Positions 24,864 through 37,329 of a stretch of DNA of 64,000 nucleotides are shown piece by piece; the first letter of the stretch is position 1; each line of letters opens with the position of its first letter. Made by a program: the position numbers and the translations under genes. The DNA is taken from the NCBI RefSeq assembly GCF_964355755.1, contig NC_092679.1, positions 650,201-714,200 of the forward strand. The letters run 5' to 3'. A model generated the notes under the pieces. It ran no database searches. It was not told the DNA's origin and saw only the letters and a list, made by a program, of their open reading frames with translations. The DNA is from Antedon mediterranea (taxonomy: Eukaryota; Animalia; Echinodermata).

Positions 24864-26324
24864 CTACTAGACCTACTGTACATGATCCACATCAATGTAA
24901 AGGTAGTTGAAAATAAAATAATTTGTTACATACAAATGTAACTACCGTTCCAGATTATTCTAAATAATTATAACATTAACAAAATCATTATTATGTTTTC
25001 TTTAAACATTCACAAGAATATAATAAAAATGTAACTTGTATATTAATATACAGTATACAATTTCAGTACAAATCAATAGCCTTCAGTAACTTCTGCATAT
25101 ATATTACATTTTTCATGGCAACCAATTCATGAGCTGTCCTTTCAGAAAAATGATATTACACATTTGCAGTTAAACTGATCAGAATTATGAATTTAAATTT
25201 GCTATTACATTTGTCCATGTTATTTTAGACCACTCCTTGCCATAGCCACTCCTTGCCCCGGCCACTCCTATTAGTCAGATGCCGGTTAGCACTTTATATA
25301 ATTCCTGTTATGTAACACTTGATTTTAAAAAAACATATATTGATGTATAAACTCAACATAGTCATCTACAAAAACAGTTTAATTAAGATTATGTGAAAAA
25401 AATTTCAATAAAAAAAAGTGCAAAGAATAATTAGAAAAATTACATCAACTACTATCCCTCATTTCATTGGCGTACCTAACTGTATTATGGAGTCTATTCA
25501 ACTTTCATATCTTTGGTAATAATAGATGTCACACATGCACTTACAATTTAGCAGTCTTGTAATTTGGTTTTGATTTCATTACCCAATTATCAATTCAAAA
25601 CAGCATGTGCAAAAATAAAACAGATAATTAGCCAATTAATTTTATATTGAAAAGTCAGCAATTAAGTTCATTCAACATGATAGTGTAAGAGAATTTTTAT
25701 TCCTTTAAAAACCAAGTTCACTCTGCAAAGGCTAATTTACACAGACAAGCGGTAATGGTATATGTTATTCCTTATGCCTTTAATGATAAAATGTTTAATT
25801 AATGTATGTCTGTATGAATCATGATGAATTAACAATAAACTATAATTTGGTAAAAGCAATCTATAACATCTTCTGGTTATTATAATAATATGTGTCATAA
25901 ATATATCAGAACACAACATTACTGTGTATTAAAATTCAAGGAAATAACAAACATCAAAAATACATGATCAACCGAGTAAAATGGTCAAAACACATGGTTA
26001 AATGGTCAAAACACATTTGGCAAACATATATGTATTTAAACCATTCTTTAACAGTTACCAATCTTTCAATTGAAATGTTCCGAACAAGGGTCAAATAACC
26101 AAGCTAAAAACGTGAGGCAAAAAACACAATTATTAAACATACCACTATATAATATATATAACGTTGTATTTCTTTACACTTTCAAACACTATAATTTCCT
26201 CTGGAATGTAATTGCACACAACAAACCACGCCTCAAATAATGTGTCTTCAGAAACTAAACTACATATACAACTATACAAATTATATTCCAAGCACACGAT
26301 TTCACAATGGTAAAATCCAGTTTG

Positions 26325-26595
26325 CAAATGGTACATTCCACTGTTTACACACATGTGCAGATGGTACATTCCACTGTTTACACACACGTGTGAATGGTAC
26401 ATTCCAGTTTTACACACATGTGTGAATGGCATATTCCAGTTTTACACACGTGTGAATGGCACATTCCAGTTTTACACATGTGTGAATGGCACATTCCAGT
26501 ATTACACACATGTGTGAATGGTACATTCCAGTTTTACACACATGTGTGAATGGCACATTCCAGTATTACACACATGTGTGAATGGTACATTCCAA
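26325..26595. repeat. About 30-bp minisatellite (TGTGAATGGYACATTCCAGTTTTACACACA), about 9 copies, in the BAHD1 3' region
   Basis: Direct tandem copies. Confidence 0.92.
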
Positions 26596-26980
26596 TGTAT
26601 TGGCAAATGGAATAATCATCTCTCGTCTTTAAACAAATTTTATATTATAATCATTATAAGCTTTTGGAAGAGATTACTTGAAATATTTCAATTTGCAGTT
26701 AACCATTTACATCATGTGCACTGTGTACATTACATTATCCATTATCAAGATGACTTCATGACAGTTATCACCATGCCTACCAATGTCAAAGGTCAAGTAT
26801 TACTTGACATCAGTGACATTTGGTCTAATAGTTGATTCAGATAGAATGTAACCACCATGTCATTTAAATCCACTTGATCTCAATCAACATCTGATTGGGT
26901 AATACTGCACCTAGGTTAAAGGTCATTTAACTTCAAGTAGTTTAATCACACTTCCAACATCTTGCAACATGTCTGCATCT

Positions 26981-27167
26981 TTATTGTGGATTTTTTAACA
27001 CACGCTTCTGTCGGAAATCATACACTTGACGACAAAGAAAAACGCACGACGGGTCAGCATCAACCGGGGGGAGGCGATGAGAACGATAGTAACCACCAAC
27101 TAATTCTGGAACACATACATGCGCCTTCTTAACGCCCTCTTGCCTCATTTTTAATTGGCATTTGTAT
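26981..27167 (-). CDS. BAHD1: BAHD1-like terminal exon 7
   Basis: ttcag|A TAC...; ends DPSCVFLCRQVYDFRQKRVLKNPQ*, matching the BAHD1 C-terminus [20 protein letters not shown]. Confidence 0.95.
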
Positions 27168-27497
27168 CTGAAAATATTAAAGATGTCAAATTAAACAGTA
27201 ATTTTAATAATATTTTAAAACATTTAATCGGGAGCTTGCAATTTTCGTCCAATTTAGGTCAGGTCAAAATGATGTGTCATCGGTCGTCACCTGGACCTAC
27301 AAACCATCAAACCTGTGTCTAGCTAAGGAGCGAGGACACACGTCCCAAAATCTTCGCATGCACACAATGAACTAAACATGACGTAGTTTGGTCAGCGGTT
27401 ATCGCAAACATTCAAATATGTTTTTCCAGATCGGTGCTAGCATCTATATTTGTATAACAATAATGGTTGATGATGAACTACAGTACTACCTTTAAAG

Positions 27498-27695
27498 AAT
27501 GGTTGTGAGCAATGGTTGTGAGCAATGGTTGTGAGCAATGGTTGTGAGCAATGGTTGTGAGCAATGGTTGTGAGCAATGGTTGTGAGCAATGGTTGTGAG
27601 CAATGGTTGTGAGCAATGGTTGTGAGCAATGGTTGTGAGCAATGGTTGTGAGCAATGGTTGTGAGCAATGGTTGTGAGCAATGGTTGTGAGCAAT
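27498..27695. repeat. 13-bp minisatellite (AATGGTTGTGAGC) x15
   Basis: Perfect tandem copies in the last BAHD1 intron. Confidence 0.98.
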
Positions 27696-27835
27696 TACTG
27701 GCATAGATGCTTATGGTAATATGAATGATATATAAAGTGATGGACATACAGTATATGGTGTTTAGGAAATACAGTAAAACTCCTCTTTTGGGACATTCCT
27801 ATAATATAACGATGGTTATACCTATTAACACTCAC

Positions 27836-27927
27836 CTGCAGTATTCCCCTAATGTAAGAACATAGCATTTGTCCTCCACACAAGCTACGCTGTTTGTGTC
27901 CAGGTGCTTACATGCAAACAACTCATT
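27836..27927 (-). CDS. BAHD1: BAHD1-like exon 6 (BAH domain)
   Basis: [30 protein letters not shown](R); canonical AG/GT. Confidence 0.95.
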
Positions 27928-28131
27928 CTAAAAATAGAAACATTATTAAATTAACTTTTTAACAAACCAATCGGGATAAAAAAATGCTCCCTTGACAAAT
28001 TCGAAACTGGAAACTACTCTTTTTTTGGGTAGAATAATTTTTTATTTATTTATTTTTTTACTTAAATGCTTCAATTTCAAAAAGAAATATTTATGATTGA
28101 TTCAGTAAAAATATCTACCAAATTGACTTAC

Positions 28132-28208
28132 TTCTAGATGCTGAGGTCGTCGTCCAGTCTCTGTGTGTTCAGGTCGATAGTACCAGAGCAAATTTATCAT
28201 AATTTCAC
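28132..28208 (-). CDS. BAHD1: BAHD1-like exon 5 (BAH domain)
   Basis: (G)EIMINLLWYYRPEHTETGRRPQHLE; hallmark WYYRPE. Confidence 0.95.
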
Positions 28209-28811
28209 CTAAAAAAGATAATAAATTGTGTGTATTTATTGATAATTCTGACACAATAAAATGAAGACAGGTATGACAACAAAACCTTTTGGTAGATGTA
28301 AAAATTTAAATTTAAGAGTAAGATAATAAAAGAATTCATTGTTCTATCCATGGTTAATATTACTAATACTGTCTATGTACTATTGACTATTGGTGATACA
28401 GAATTGAATTACAGAGTGATACAATCAGCATTGTGTGTTGATAGCAAACTGTGAATTGTTAACACTCTATCTAACTGACTTCCTTTTAATAGATCAATGG
28501 TGACATAACCACATGTGTGTTGGGTTAATAAATGATAAGGGCCTCAAGCAATTGCCAAGTCATATATCACTATTAGTACTGTATTACTAAATCTTTTAAT
28601 TCCACTAAACACCATTCATTTTCCAAACCCTGTACTTGTCTGAAACATCATTATGAGTGATGAATATTTAATAATTGTGCTGTTCCAATTATTATGATAC
28701 ACATTTTATTTCTGTTAACACATACATTTTGTTCCTATAATGAAAAGGTTACTAAGTACACACGTCACCTTACACATCATATCCTTCTAGTGCCTACTCT
28801 CTATCTACACA

Positions 28812-31270
28812 ATAATATAATAATAATAACAACTTTATTTAAAAACAGATGCAACACTTGAATCACCATATTGGTGTTTTTCACAAGGCCGTTACTTACT
28901 ACAAAACTATTTATACTATTACACAAGTTATAATTTACAGTACAAAAAAAAAAAAAAAAAAAAAGATTTCATGAAATATATAGAGTTTCAAGTATATTTT
29001 ATCTTTGGTCATTTATAATTTTTTTAAATATATGTATTAGGAGCTGTAATTGCATTTGAGTTTATAGCATTTAAACTATTCCATAGCTTTGCGCCAGAAT
29101 ACGAGAAACTTTTCTTTTTATACTCAGTGTTTGCCTTATGTAAACTTAGAATATCTTTTGATCTAGTATTATATGTTTGTTTGCGTTCATAGAATCTGTT
29201 TCTTAAGTAGGATGGTGTCAAGTTATTCATTATTTTATACATTGTGACTGCTTCGTTGTAATATTGTTTTTCTTCTAAATTAGGCCAATTTAAATCTTTG
29301 AGCGCCTGTGAGCTAGAGTCATACCTAGATGTATGTGTAATTATTTTAGCCGCTCTATTTTGGAGTACTTGGAGTTTATATTTGAGGGTTTGGTTACAAC
29401 GACCCCATACTACATTGCAGTAGTCAAAATGGTGGGCTATGATAGATTTGTACATTAATGATTGAATATTTTGAGGGAAAATATTGCTGCATTTTTTTTA
29501 GATAGTACAGACCTGATATTACTTTATTTTTCACCTGATCTATTTGTTTATGTCATTTTAAATTTTCATCAATAATGACACCTAAATGTTTACAGTTATT
29601 TACTTTTTCAAGTTTTGTACCGTCTATATTAATATTAATATCCATGTTAATCAATTTATTTAATTTTTGATGTGTTCCTAAAATCATATATTCAGTCTTT
29701 TTAATGTTTAGACTTAATTTGTTACTTGCTAACCATAGTTGTACATGTTTTAGATCAGTATTTACTTTGCTTATTATATCGTGTATGTCTTTAGATGCAT
29801 AATATAACGCAGTGTCATCTGCGTACATGCTTACATTTACATGGGAAACTGAGTTAGGTAGATCATTAATATACATGATAAATAGAAGGGGCCCTAATAT
29901 TGATCCCTGAGGGATTCCACAAACACTATTAGACTTTACCGAATCAACATTGTTAATATTAGTAATATGTGTACGATTTGTTAAATAATTTTCAAACCAT
30001 TTGATAACATGATTAGCAAAATTAAAATTGTGTAGTTTTTATTAGTATCTGGTGATTAACAGTGTCGAAAGCTTTTTTGAGATCAAGCATTATTAATCCT
30101 ATGTATTTACCATTTTCAATACTGTCAATCCAATCTTCAGTTATATTTATTAATGCCGATGATGTCGTAATTTGGCCTAAATCCAGATTGTTGATTGTAT
30201 AATTTAGGGTTGATTTGTGAATAGAGTTGGTCAAAATAATTTTCGATAAAATTGGTAGTACAGAAATTGGCCTGTAGTTAGATGGTTCACTTTGGTCGCC
30301 ATTTTAAAAAATTGGGCATATTCGTGCATTTTTCCATTTACTTAAAAATGTAATGGGTTGTACAATTGAGTTGATTGCTAATTTTATTAGTTTAGCAGGA
30401 ATTTCATCAGTTCCTGTAGCCTTTTTGTCAGATAATGATAAAATTTGTTTGTATACATATTCTTCGTCAACAAATGTGAAATTTATTTTGTCTTCACCTT
30501 GATTTGGGTATTCATAATTTACATGGTTATTTTTAAATTGAGGAATTTGTTTAGCTAGGTTAGGTCCTATGTTTGCAAAAAACTCATTTAAAGTATTAGC
30601 TATCTTGTAAGAATCTATTTCAAGGCCATTTATTGTATTCATACTACTTATAATACTTTTTTTATTCTTAGATGGTACAATATATCTTATGTTTTTCCAG
30701 ATTGTTTTGGAATCTTTTGTATTTAATTGTTCAGAGAAATAATCCTTTTTTGATTTCCTGATATCGTAATTTACTTTGTTTTTTAATTCACGGTATTCGT
30801 TCCATAATTGAGGACAATTTTCTTTATTCGCTCTTTTTTTCATTGAGTCACGTTTTCGCATTTGTAATATTACATTTTTTGTGAGCCATGGGCTATCTTT
30901 ATTTCGAACCCGTTTTTTCTTTAAAGGTACATGTTTATTAACAATTTGTAAAAACTTGTCTTCAAAAAACTGCAGAGCGTCATTCACATTGTGTATGAAG
31001 TTATTTCATGCCAATTTACATTTAACATATCAATTTGTAGTTTTTCCTCATCAAGGTTATTATAGTTCCTTTTTGTTTTATATTTATGGTTATGTTTTGG
31101 TTTTTCTTCTTTACCAATGATAGCTGAATGATCACTAATTCCTGTGTTAAGTACACCCGAGGAAGAAATTCGGTTTGGAAAGGATGTATAAAAATGATCA
31201 ATCAGAGTTTTACTTTGTTTTGTTATCCTTGTCGGTTCAGTTATAATTTGTGTTAGAAAATGGTTATTAG
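28812..31270 (-). mobile_element. 5'-truncated, frameshifted LINE (L2/Crack/CR1 group) ORF2 in BAHD1 intron 4
   Basis: Endonuclease end (TRITKQSKTLIDHFY, SDH), KATGTDEI, NYRPISVLP, LDLKKAFDTVNH, GIPQGSILGPLLF, YADDT, and 3' AATAAA plus (TTA)n tail. Confidence 0.92.
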
Positions 31271-32442
31271 TTAATAGTGTTTTTAATTATTAACTAAATA
31301 TAAAAACTCAAATCCAATTCAGCTTTTAAAGAACGTAAATGTGCTTTTTACACCTTACAAATATTTAAATATATAATAAATATAATATTTAGGTAAATTA
31401 CTAAAACAATAACTCAACCAAAGAGAGACGTTGGTTCACAAAGAAAACAATACATTTTTTATAAATAGTTGCAATGTAATTGTAAGGCATTGTGTGTTTT
31501 TCCTAACTTAATTCATAACTTTATTTTGATGAAACAACTTGAATAAAAGGAAACCTTCAATGGAAATCTCCAAATCTGTTTACATTCAAAATTCTTTAAA
31601 TATTTTTTTATTTCAATTTTTTTTCAATTTTTCCCTCTCCATAAACAAAAGCAAACACCCTTACTAAGAGATCACAACCCATAATAACAAAAACAAAAGA
31701 TAAAGTAGAAAGAAACTGTCCGAGCAATGGTATTCCTTAACAATACGCGGCGTCCCCTGTTGATCCTGTCATGGTCTATTTATACAGGCATTTTAAATTT
31801 TAAAATTAAATATCTGATTTCCTTCCATCCTCGTATCACATTCTTCATCCATCTTTCATTTCTTTAAAGGTTCTTGATCTCTTCCTCTAACCCTAACTTA
31901 CCCACACACTTCCTCTCATTACTGCCCCACTATTCTACCCTCTCAATACATACTACATCAACTTACTACATGGTTACAAGCCTTTACAAGGGATCATACA
32001 CAGGATATGTGCACTTCAGTTAGGATTAAGTCTCACTTCCTTGAAATATAAACCAACAGACCTTATGATGTTAGCATGAGCTAATTATTAGTTCTAAAAT
32101 ACCGATGTATAAACATCACACTGAGGTCACAAGAAACCTCAACATGTAATGCTTTAAAATAATTAATCATTGCTTAAAAGGAGATGATACAGGGATCATA
32201 ACAGACATTGCCAATAAACCACAAACAGGAAAAAAAACATAATGCTGAACAAAATTTATTCAAGGATGCCGATTATTTTAAAGCAAATCATTGCAAATAA
32301 TAATTGCTGTACAGGAAAAATATATACTGTTGTATGCTTATACCTGTATTTTAAAAATAAGAAATGGTAATGCTTGCCATAGAATAGTATTAGGCTACTG
32401 CACTAGTCACCATACTATAGTAGTAATACAACTGTAGCCTAA

Positions 32443-32549
32443 AGCTTGGTTCCCACTAGGATGCAATGCAAGGACGTAGATGCAACACAAGCAAGTTGAC
32501 CAATCACACGTCAAATCACTTTGCGTTGCGTCCTAGAGAGAACCGTGCT
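32443..32549. mobile_element. Harbinger-like MITE, family B
   Basis: TAA|AGCTTGGTTCCCACTAGGA...TCCTAGAGAGAACCGTGCT|TTA degenerate TIRs. Confidence 0.6.
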
Positions 32550-32579
32550 TTACTCTATACAATACTACTATTACTCTAC

Positions 32580-33575
32580 TAGCCATACTCTAGTAGTACA
32601 GTACTAGCCATACCTGTACTACTGCTGTACTAGCCATACTCTAGTAGTACAGTACTAGCCATACCTGTACTACTGCTGTACTAGCCATACTCTAGTAGTA
32701 CAGTACTAGCCATACCTGTACTACTGCTGTACTAGCCATACTCTAGTAGTACAGTACTAGCCATACCTGTACTACTGCTGTACTAGCCATACTCTAGTAG
32801 TACAGTACTAGCCATACCTGTACTACTACTGTACTAGCCATACTCTAGTAGTACAGTACTAGCCATACCTGTACTACTGCTGTACTAGCCATACTCTAGT
32901 AGTACAGTACTAGCCATACCTGTACTACTGCTGTACTAACCATACTCTAGTAGTACAGTACTAGCCATACCTGTACTACTGCTGTACTAACCATACTCTA
33001 GTAGTACAGTACTAGCCATACCTGTACTACTGCTGTACTAGCCATACTCTAGTAGTACAGTACTAGCCATACCTGTACTACTGCTGTAGTAGCCATACTC
33101 CAGTAGTACAGTACTAGCCATACCTGTACTACTGCTGTACTAGCCATACTCTAGTAGTACAGTACTAGCCATACCTGTACTACTGCTGTACTAGCCATAC
33201 TCTAGTAGTACAGTACTAGCCATACCTGTACTACTGCTGTACTAGCCATACTCTAGTAGTACAGTACTAGCCATACCTGTACAACTGCTGTACTAGCCAT
33301 ACTCTAGTAGTACAGTACTAGCCATACCTGTACTACTACTGCTGTAGTAGCCATACTCTAGTACAGTATTACTAGTACTCAACTCTAGTATCTGTACTAC
33401 TACTACTACTGTACTAGCCATACCTGTACTACTGCTGTACTAGCCATACTCTAGTAGTACAGTACTAGCCATACCTGTACTACTACTACTGTAGTAGCCA
33501 TACTCTAGTACAGTATTACTAGTACTCAACTCTAGTATCTGTACTACTACTACTACTACTACTACTGTACTAGTC
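32580..33575. repeat. 51-bp hairpin-forming minisatellite (TAGCCATACTCTAGTAGTACAGTACTAGCCATACCTGTACTACTGCTGTAC), about 15 clean copies plus a degenerate end
   Basis: Direct tandem copies. Confidence 0.97.
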
Positions 33576-33602
33576 ATACTCCAGTACCTGTACTACACTC
33601 AC

Positions 33603-33759
33603 CATTTTCAGAGTCTTCCCAAAGAGCAGAAACCTTTCCAACAAATGGTGGTTCTCTTCGTATTCCTGACCTCAATAAGATACAGTCACTTTCGCTGATG
33701 ACATCATGTTTACGCTTTATAGAGTGGAAGCACATCTTTTTGACTGGAGGTTGATCCAC
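33603..33759 (-). CDS. BAHD1: BAHD1-like exon 4 (BAH domain start)
   Basis: VDQPPVKKMCFHSIKRKHDVISESDCILLRSGIRREPPFVGKVSALWEDSEN(G); compare BAHD1 DTVLLKSG..PYVAKISALWENPESG. Confidence 0.95.
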
Positions 33760-35162
33760 CTGAAAATATTACAATTACAACAACATTTAAACGAACTACT
33801 GTACTAAACACAGTACAGTCAACTCTCCCAATACCTGATTTTTCTTAAGGTCCAAGGTCCCAAATTCATTTTTAACATAAATTTACACATTCCGAATAAA
33901 AAAAAAAAAAACTTTAAGTAAAAATTTATGAAAACCCATTCACATTTGATGAGGAATAACGTATATTTATAATCTCTACAATATTCTTAAAATCACGTTA
34001 ATTTTAACCATTTTAACTATCATTATAATATACCGCAAACAATTTACATCTCCGACAATTTTCCTATAAAATATTCTAATGTTATTATGTTTAACTTGTA
34101 GCCTCCAATTCAATACAGTAGCTATGTACATAGGCAATTCTTGCAAGTAGTTACTATTGCATCGACTAAAATACATTTTTAAAACAGACGTAAACTGACA
34201 AATTATTAAGTTTGCAATTGACTTGTGGGATTGACGGCTTTGCCTTATTAGTCTCCGGGGTACAGATGTGTAATGTTTACAGCTCTTTAACCAACATTCT
34301 AAAGGTCATTTGTTTAAAATATACCAACATTTAGAAATAAGAATACTTATTGTTTATTTCTAGCTATTTATGTTTGCAAAGTCAACATAGTTAATAAATT
34401 TAGATTAAGAAATGCAATATTTCGACCTTTAAAATGTCATCATAATCATTTTGATGTTGACATCATTTGAATGCCTATTTCTCTCTCATTGTTTATTGTT
34501 ATTTTTGTTTAGTTGTATTTTTGTATATTTTTATGAATGTTTGACTAAAATGCAAGCTCTTGTAATTTATTTTGTCTTTAATGTCTTCTGAATATCACAA
34601 AACTAAGTGTCGAGTGGTTGAACCCATAATGATTTTTCAGTGTGATGTTATCTTCTTAATCAATTATTGATAAGGGCCTATTATTGTGGCACACAGTTGG
34701 ATTTTGTGTACTTAGTGTGAATTGTTTGGAAAACAATTTGTTTTACATTAACATGGACATGATTACTAGACATGTACTATAATTTAACAACATAATAGAG
34801 TACAAGCAATGGAATAACAGTAATTAATTCATGTATACAGTGATGCATGATTAATATTATAATTTCTTTACAAAAAATTATAAATATAAATCATTCTTTG
34901 TTAAGTAGTCTTTCGCTTTCATTTTGAATAAATATTATTAAAGTCATTATGTCATTAACATACAACGACCGAGCTGCACACATCAAATCGTTCTATTGAC
35001 ATTTTTCAGTTTAAAAAATAACTTTTAATTAAAATTCCCTAGTTCTAGTGATTTAGAAAACTTATCTTCACTGTGATACATTTTACTTTTAAAAAAAAAC
35101 AGGTGAGGGGTTGGGGTGTATATCCAAGACTTGACAAACTAGAGGGATGTTCAAAAACATAC

Positions 35163-35308
35163 CTGATAAGATATAAGTCTTTCGCGTGGCTGTCCGACAC
35201 CTTTCCATCCGTTCGTTGACCTTCGTCTTGCGATCTTTGCGGCATTCTGTGTTGGTTTGCGTCCAGGTCTGCCTTTCATTGGTATACTGCTTGTTGCTAT
35301 ACCATTAT
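35163..35308 (-). CDS. BAHD1: BAHD1-like exon 3 (acceptor position uncertain)
   Basis: ...KGRPGRKP...ARRRSTNGWKGVGQPRERLISYQ|gtatgt; compare BAHD1 RRRTNGWVPVG. Confidence 0.85.
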
Positions 35309-35966
35309 CTTTTAATTTATCAAGTGAAAGAAAAAAAGTTAAATCCACTGTATTCAATACGTCAAAATGATATTTTGCCCATAAGAAAAATAAAGATACA
35401 TTAGTCTACGACTGTATGTCAACATTATTCTACTGCAGTTACTGCAGTAACTACATTTGTTTACTCTTTAAGCTGCTTATACAATATAGTGGTCAAGTTT
35501 GTTTTGTTCTCACAACATCTCATGCCTGTACCATCTCATATTGTAATAATTATATCTCCACTCATAATGATAAGTAGCCTACAGTAGATTCTATTTAATC
35601 AATTTAATAATTTGTTTTGTTCTCTCATCTAATACCTGTACCATCTCATTCATACTGTACAGTAATAATTATATCTCCACTCATATTAAATGATAAGTAG
35701 CCTACAGTAGATTCTATTTAATCAATCCATTTAGTAGTCACATTGTATCTCAAAATTTTACCAAAAAACGGAAATGATTGATTATCATTTACAGTATAGT
35801 GTACTTCACAGGTTGTCCTTAATTTCTTAAAAAATTTCCAATTTTTATGTCATGAAAAAACTGTAAGGAAATTAATGAAAAGTAGAGTAGTTCAATAATT
35901 TCATTGGATTAAATTTGCTTGACTAATTTATAGTAGAAAAATAGAATAGAAATTGATGTAACTTAC

Positions 35967-37329
35967 AAATTTTCTTGACAACACAATTATTCAAAGTATT
36001 TCCATTATTTTGCTGGCTTGTTCTATTCTTTGTAATTGGTCCATTGAGTGATGCACTCTTTTTAGCCCTCCCATCAGCTGTACTTAACCCAACATTAGTA
36101 CTTAGTGCTGACTTTGCACTTAAAATCATTTGCTTATTGGTAACAGGTGAGGTCGCAATACCGTTCTCAACATCATGCGTAGTAGTAGCATCACTTTTAC
36201 TCCCTTTTCGTCCTCTAATTCCTGGTGATTTCTTTAACGGTTCGTCCTTTTCATATAAAAGATAAACTTTAGTTTCCGCCGTAAGGCTAGCAATTCGTCG
36301 CTTCCGTTTCCTAGGTTCTATATCCGCATATTTCTGAGACAATTGCCTCTTTTTTACGGTTTTCGATAAATCAACATTTTCTTCGCAAACCGACAAATTG
36401 CATTGATTTTGTTTATTGGAGTCTTTGTGTAAATCACTTTTATCACATTTAATATCATCCAATTTGTTAGAATTCAAGTTCGTCTCATCCATTACCATTT
36501 CTAATGAAGTGGACGATTTATTGAATAAAATCTCATTATCCACGGGTTCAAACAGATCGCTAATATCATCCTGCGTGTCGTTACCAATATCAGTAACCTT
36601 GTCTTGTTTGTCAATACTTTTCTTATTATCTCCATCCATATTATTTTTCACACATACCTCTTTTCCATTTTGTACAACTCCATTTTGCTTACGATTATAA
36701 GATGCACTATTTTTCTTGCTTGGCTCATGCATCATAAAACTATTGTGAGTGAACGTTCTTCTCGGGTCACCAAGTATGACCTCCGAATATGTTGTTATTC
36801 TCCCAACCGAAACCCTATTTCCAATTGGATGACACGATTTATATTCTAACAATTCCGGTGAATGATTTTTTTCTGCACTTTTTTCTGTTACTTGGAGACT
36901 TGATTGACAGTTATGATTGATGTCATATTTAGTTGGACATTTTTTGTGATGGGCAGCCGGATTGTCATCTGCCTTGCGTCGTTTTATCGGCACAACATTT
37001 TTTGGCTCAACATCCTCCACAAAGTTTATTTTTCGCTTAAGGTTATCACTCACCGCATGAGGTTTAATTTTTTTCACATGAAGTTTTGAGTCCGAAATGC
37101 AGCGTCTTCCGGGTGACGCTGTCGGATTTGAAAGTTTTGCATCGCCATTTTGCACATCTGTAACTTTTGATAACTTGCAACCTGAGTTCCGACGATTTTG
37201 CACATTATTTTTCCCTTTCGGACTGTTCCGTCGTGCTGCCGGTTCCGGAGAAACTTGATTTAGTAGTTGTTCTTGCTCCGTAGACAAAGACCCATTCATC
37301 TGACTGTCAGTGGAACTATTGCTTGATGT
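35967..37329 (-). CDS. BAHD1: BAHD1-like large exon 2 (disordered region with RRIASLTAE motif)
   Basis: Within the 490-aa ORF; tttcag|ACA acceptor, T|gtaagt donor; RKRKRRIASLTAETKVYLLYEK resembles the BAHD1 RRLASLNAEA motif. Confidence 0.88.

Noticed and set aside
35975-37089. Plus-strand ORFs of 61-96 aa
   Set aside because: Antisense shadows of the large BAHD1 exon.
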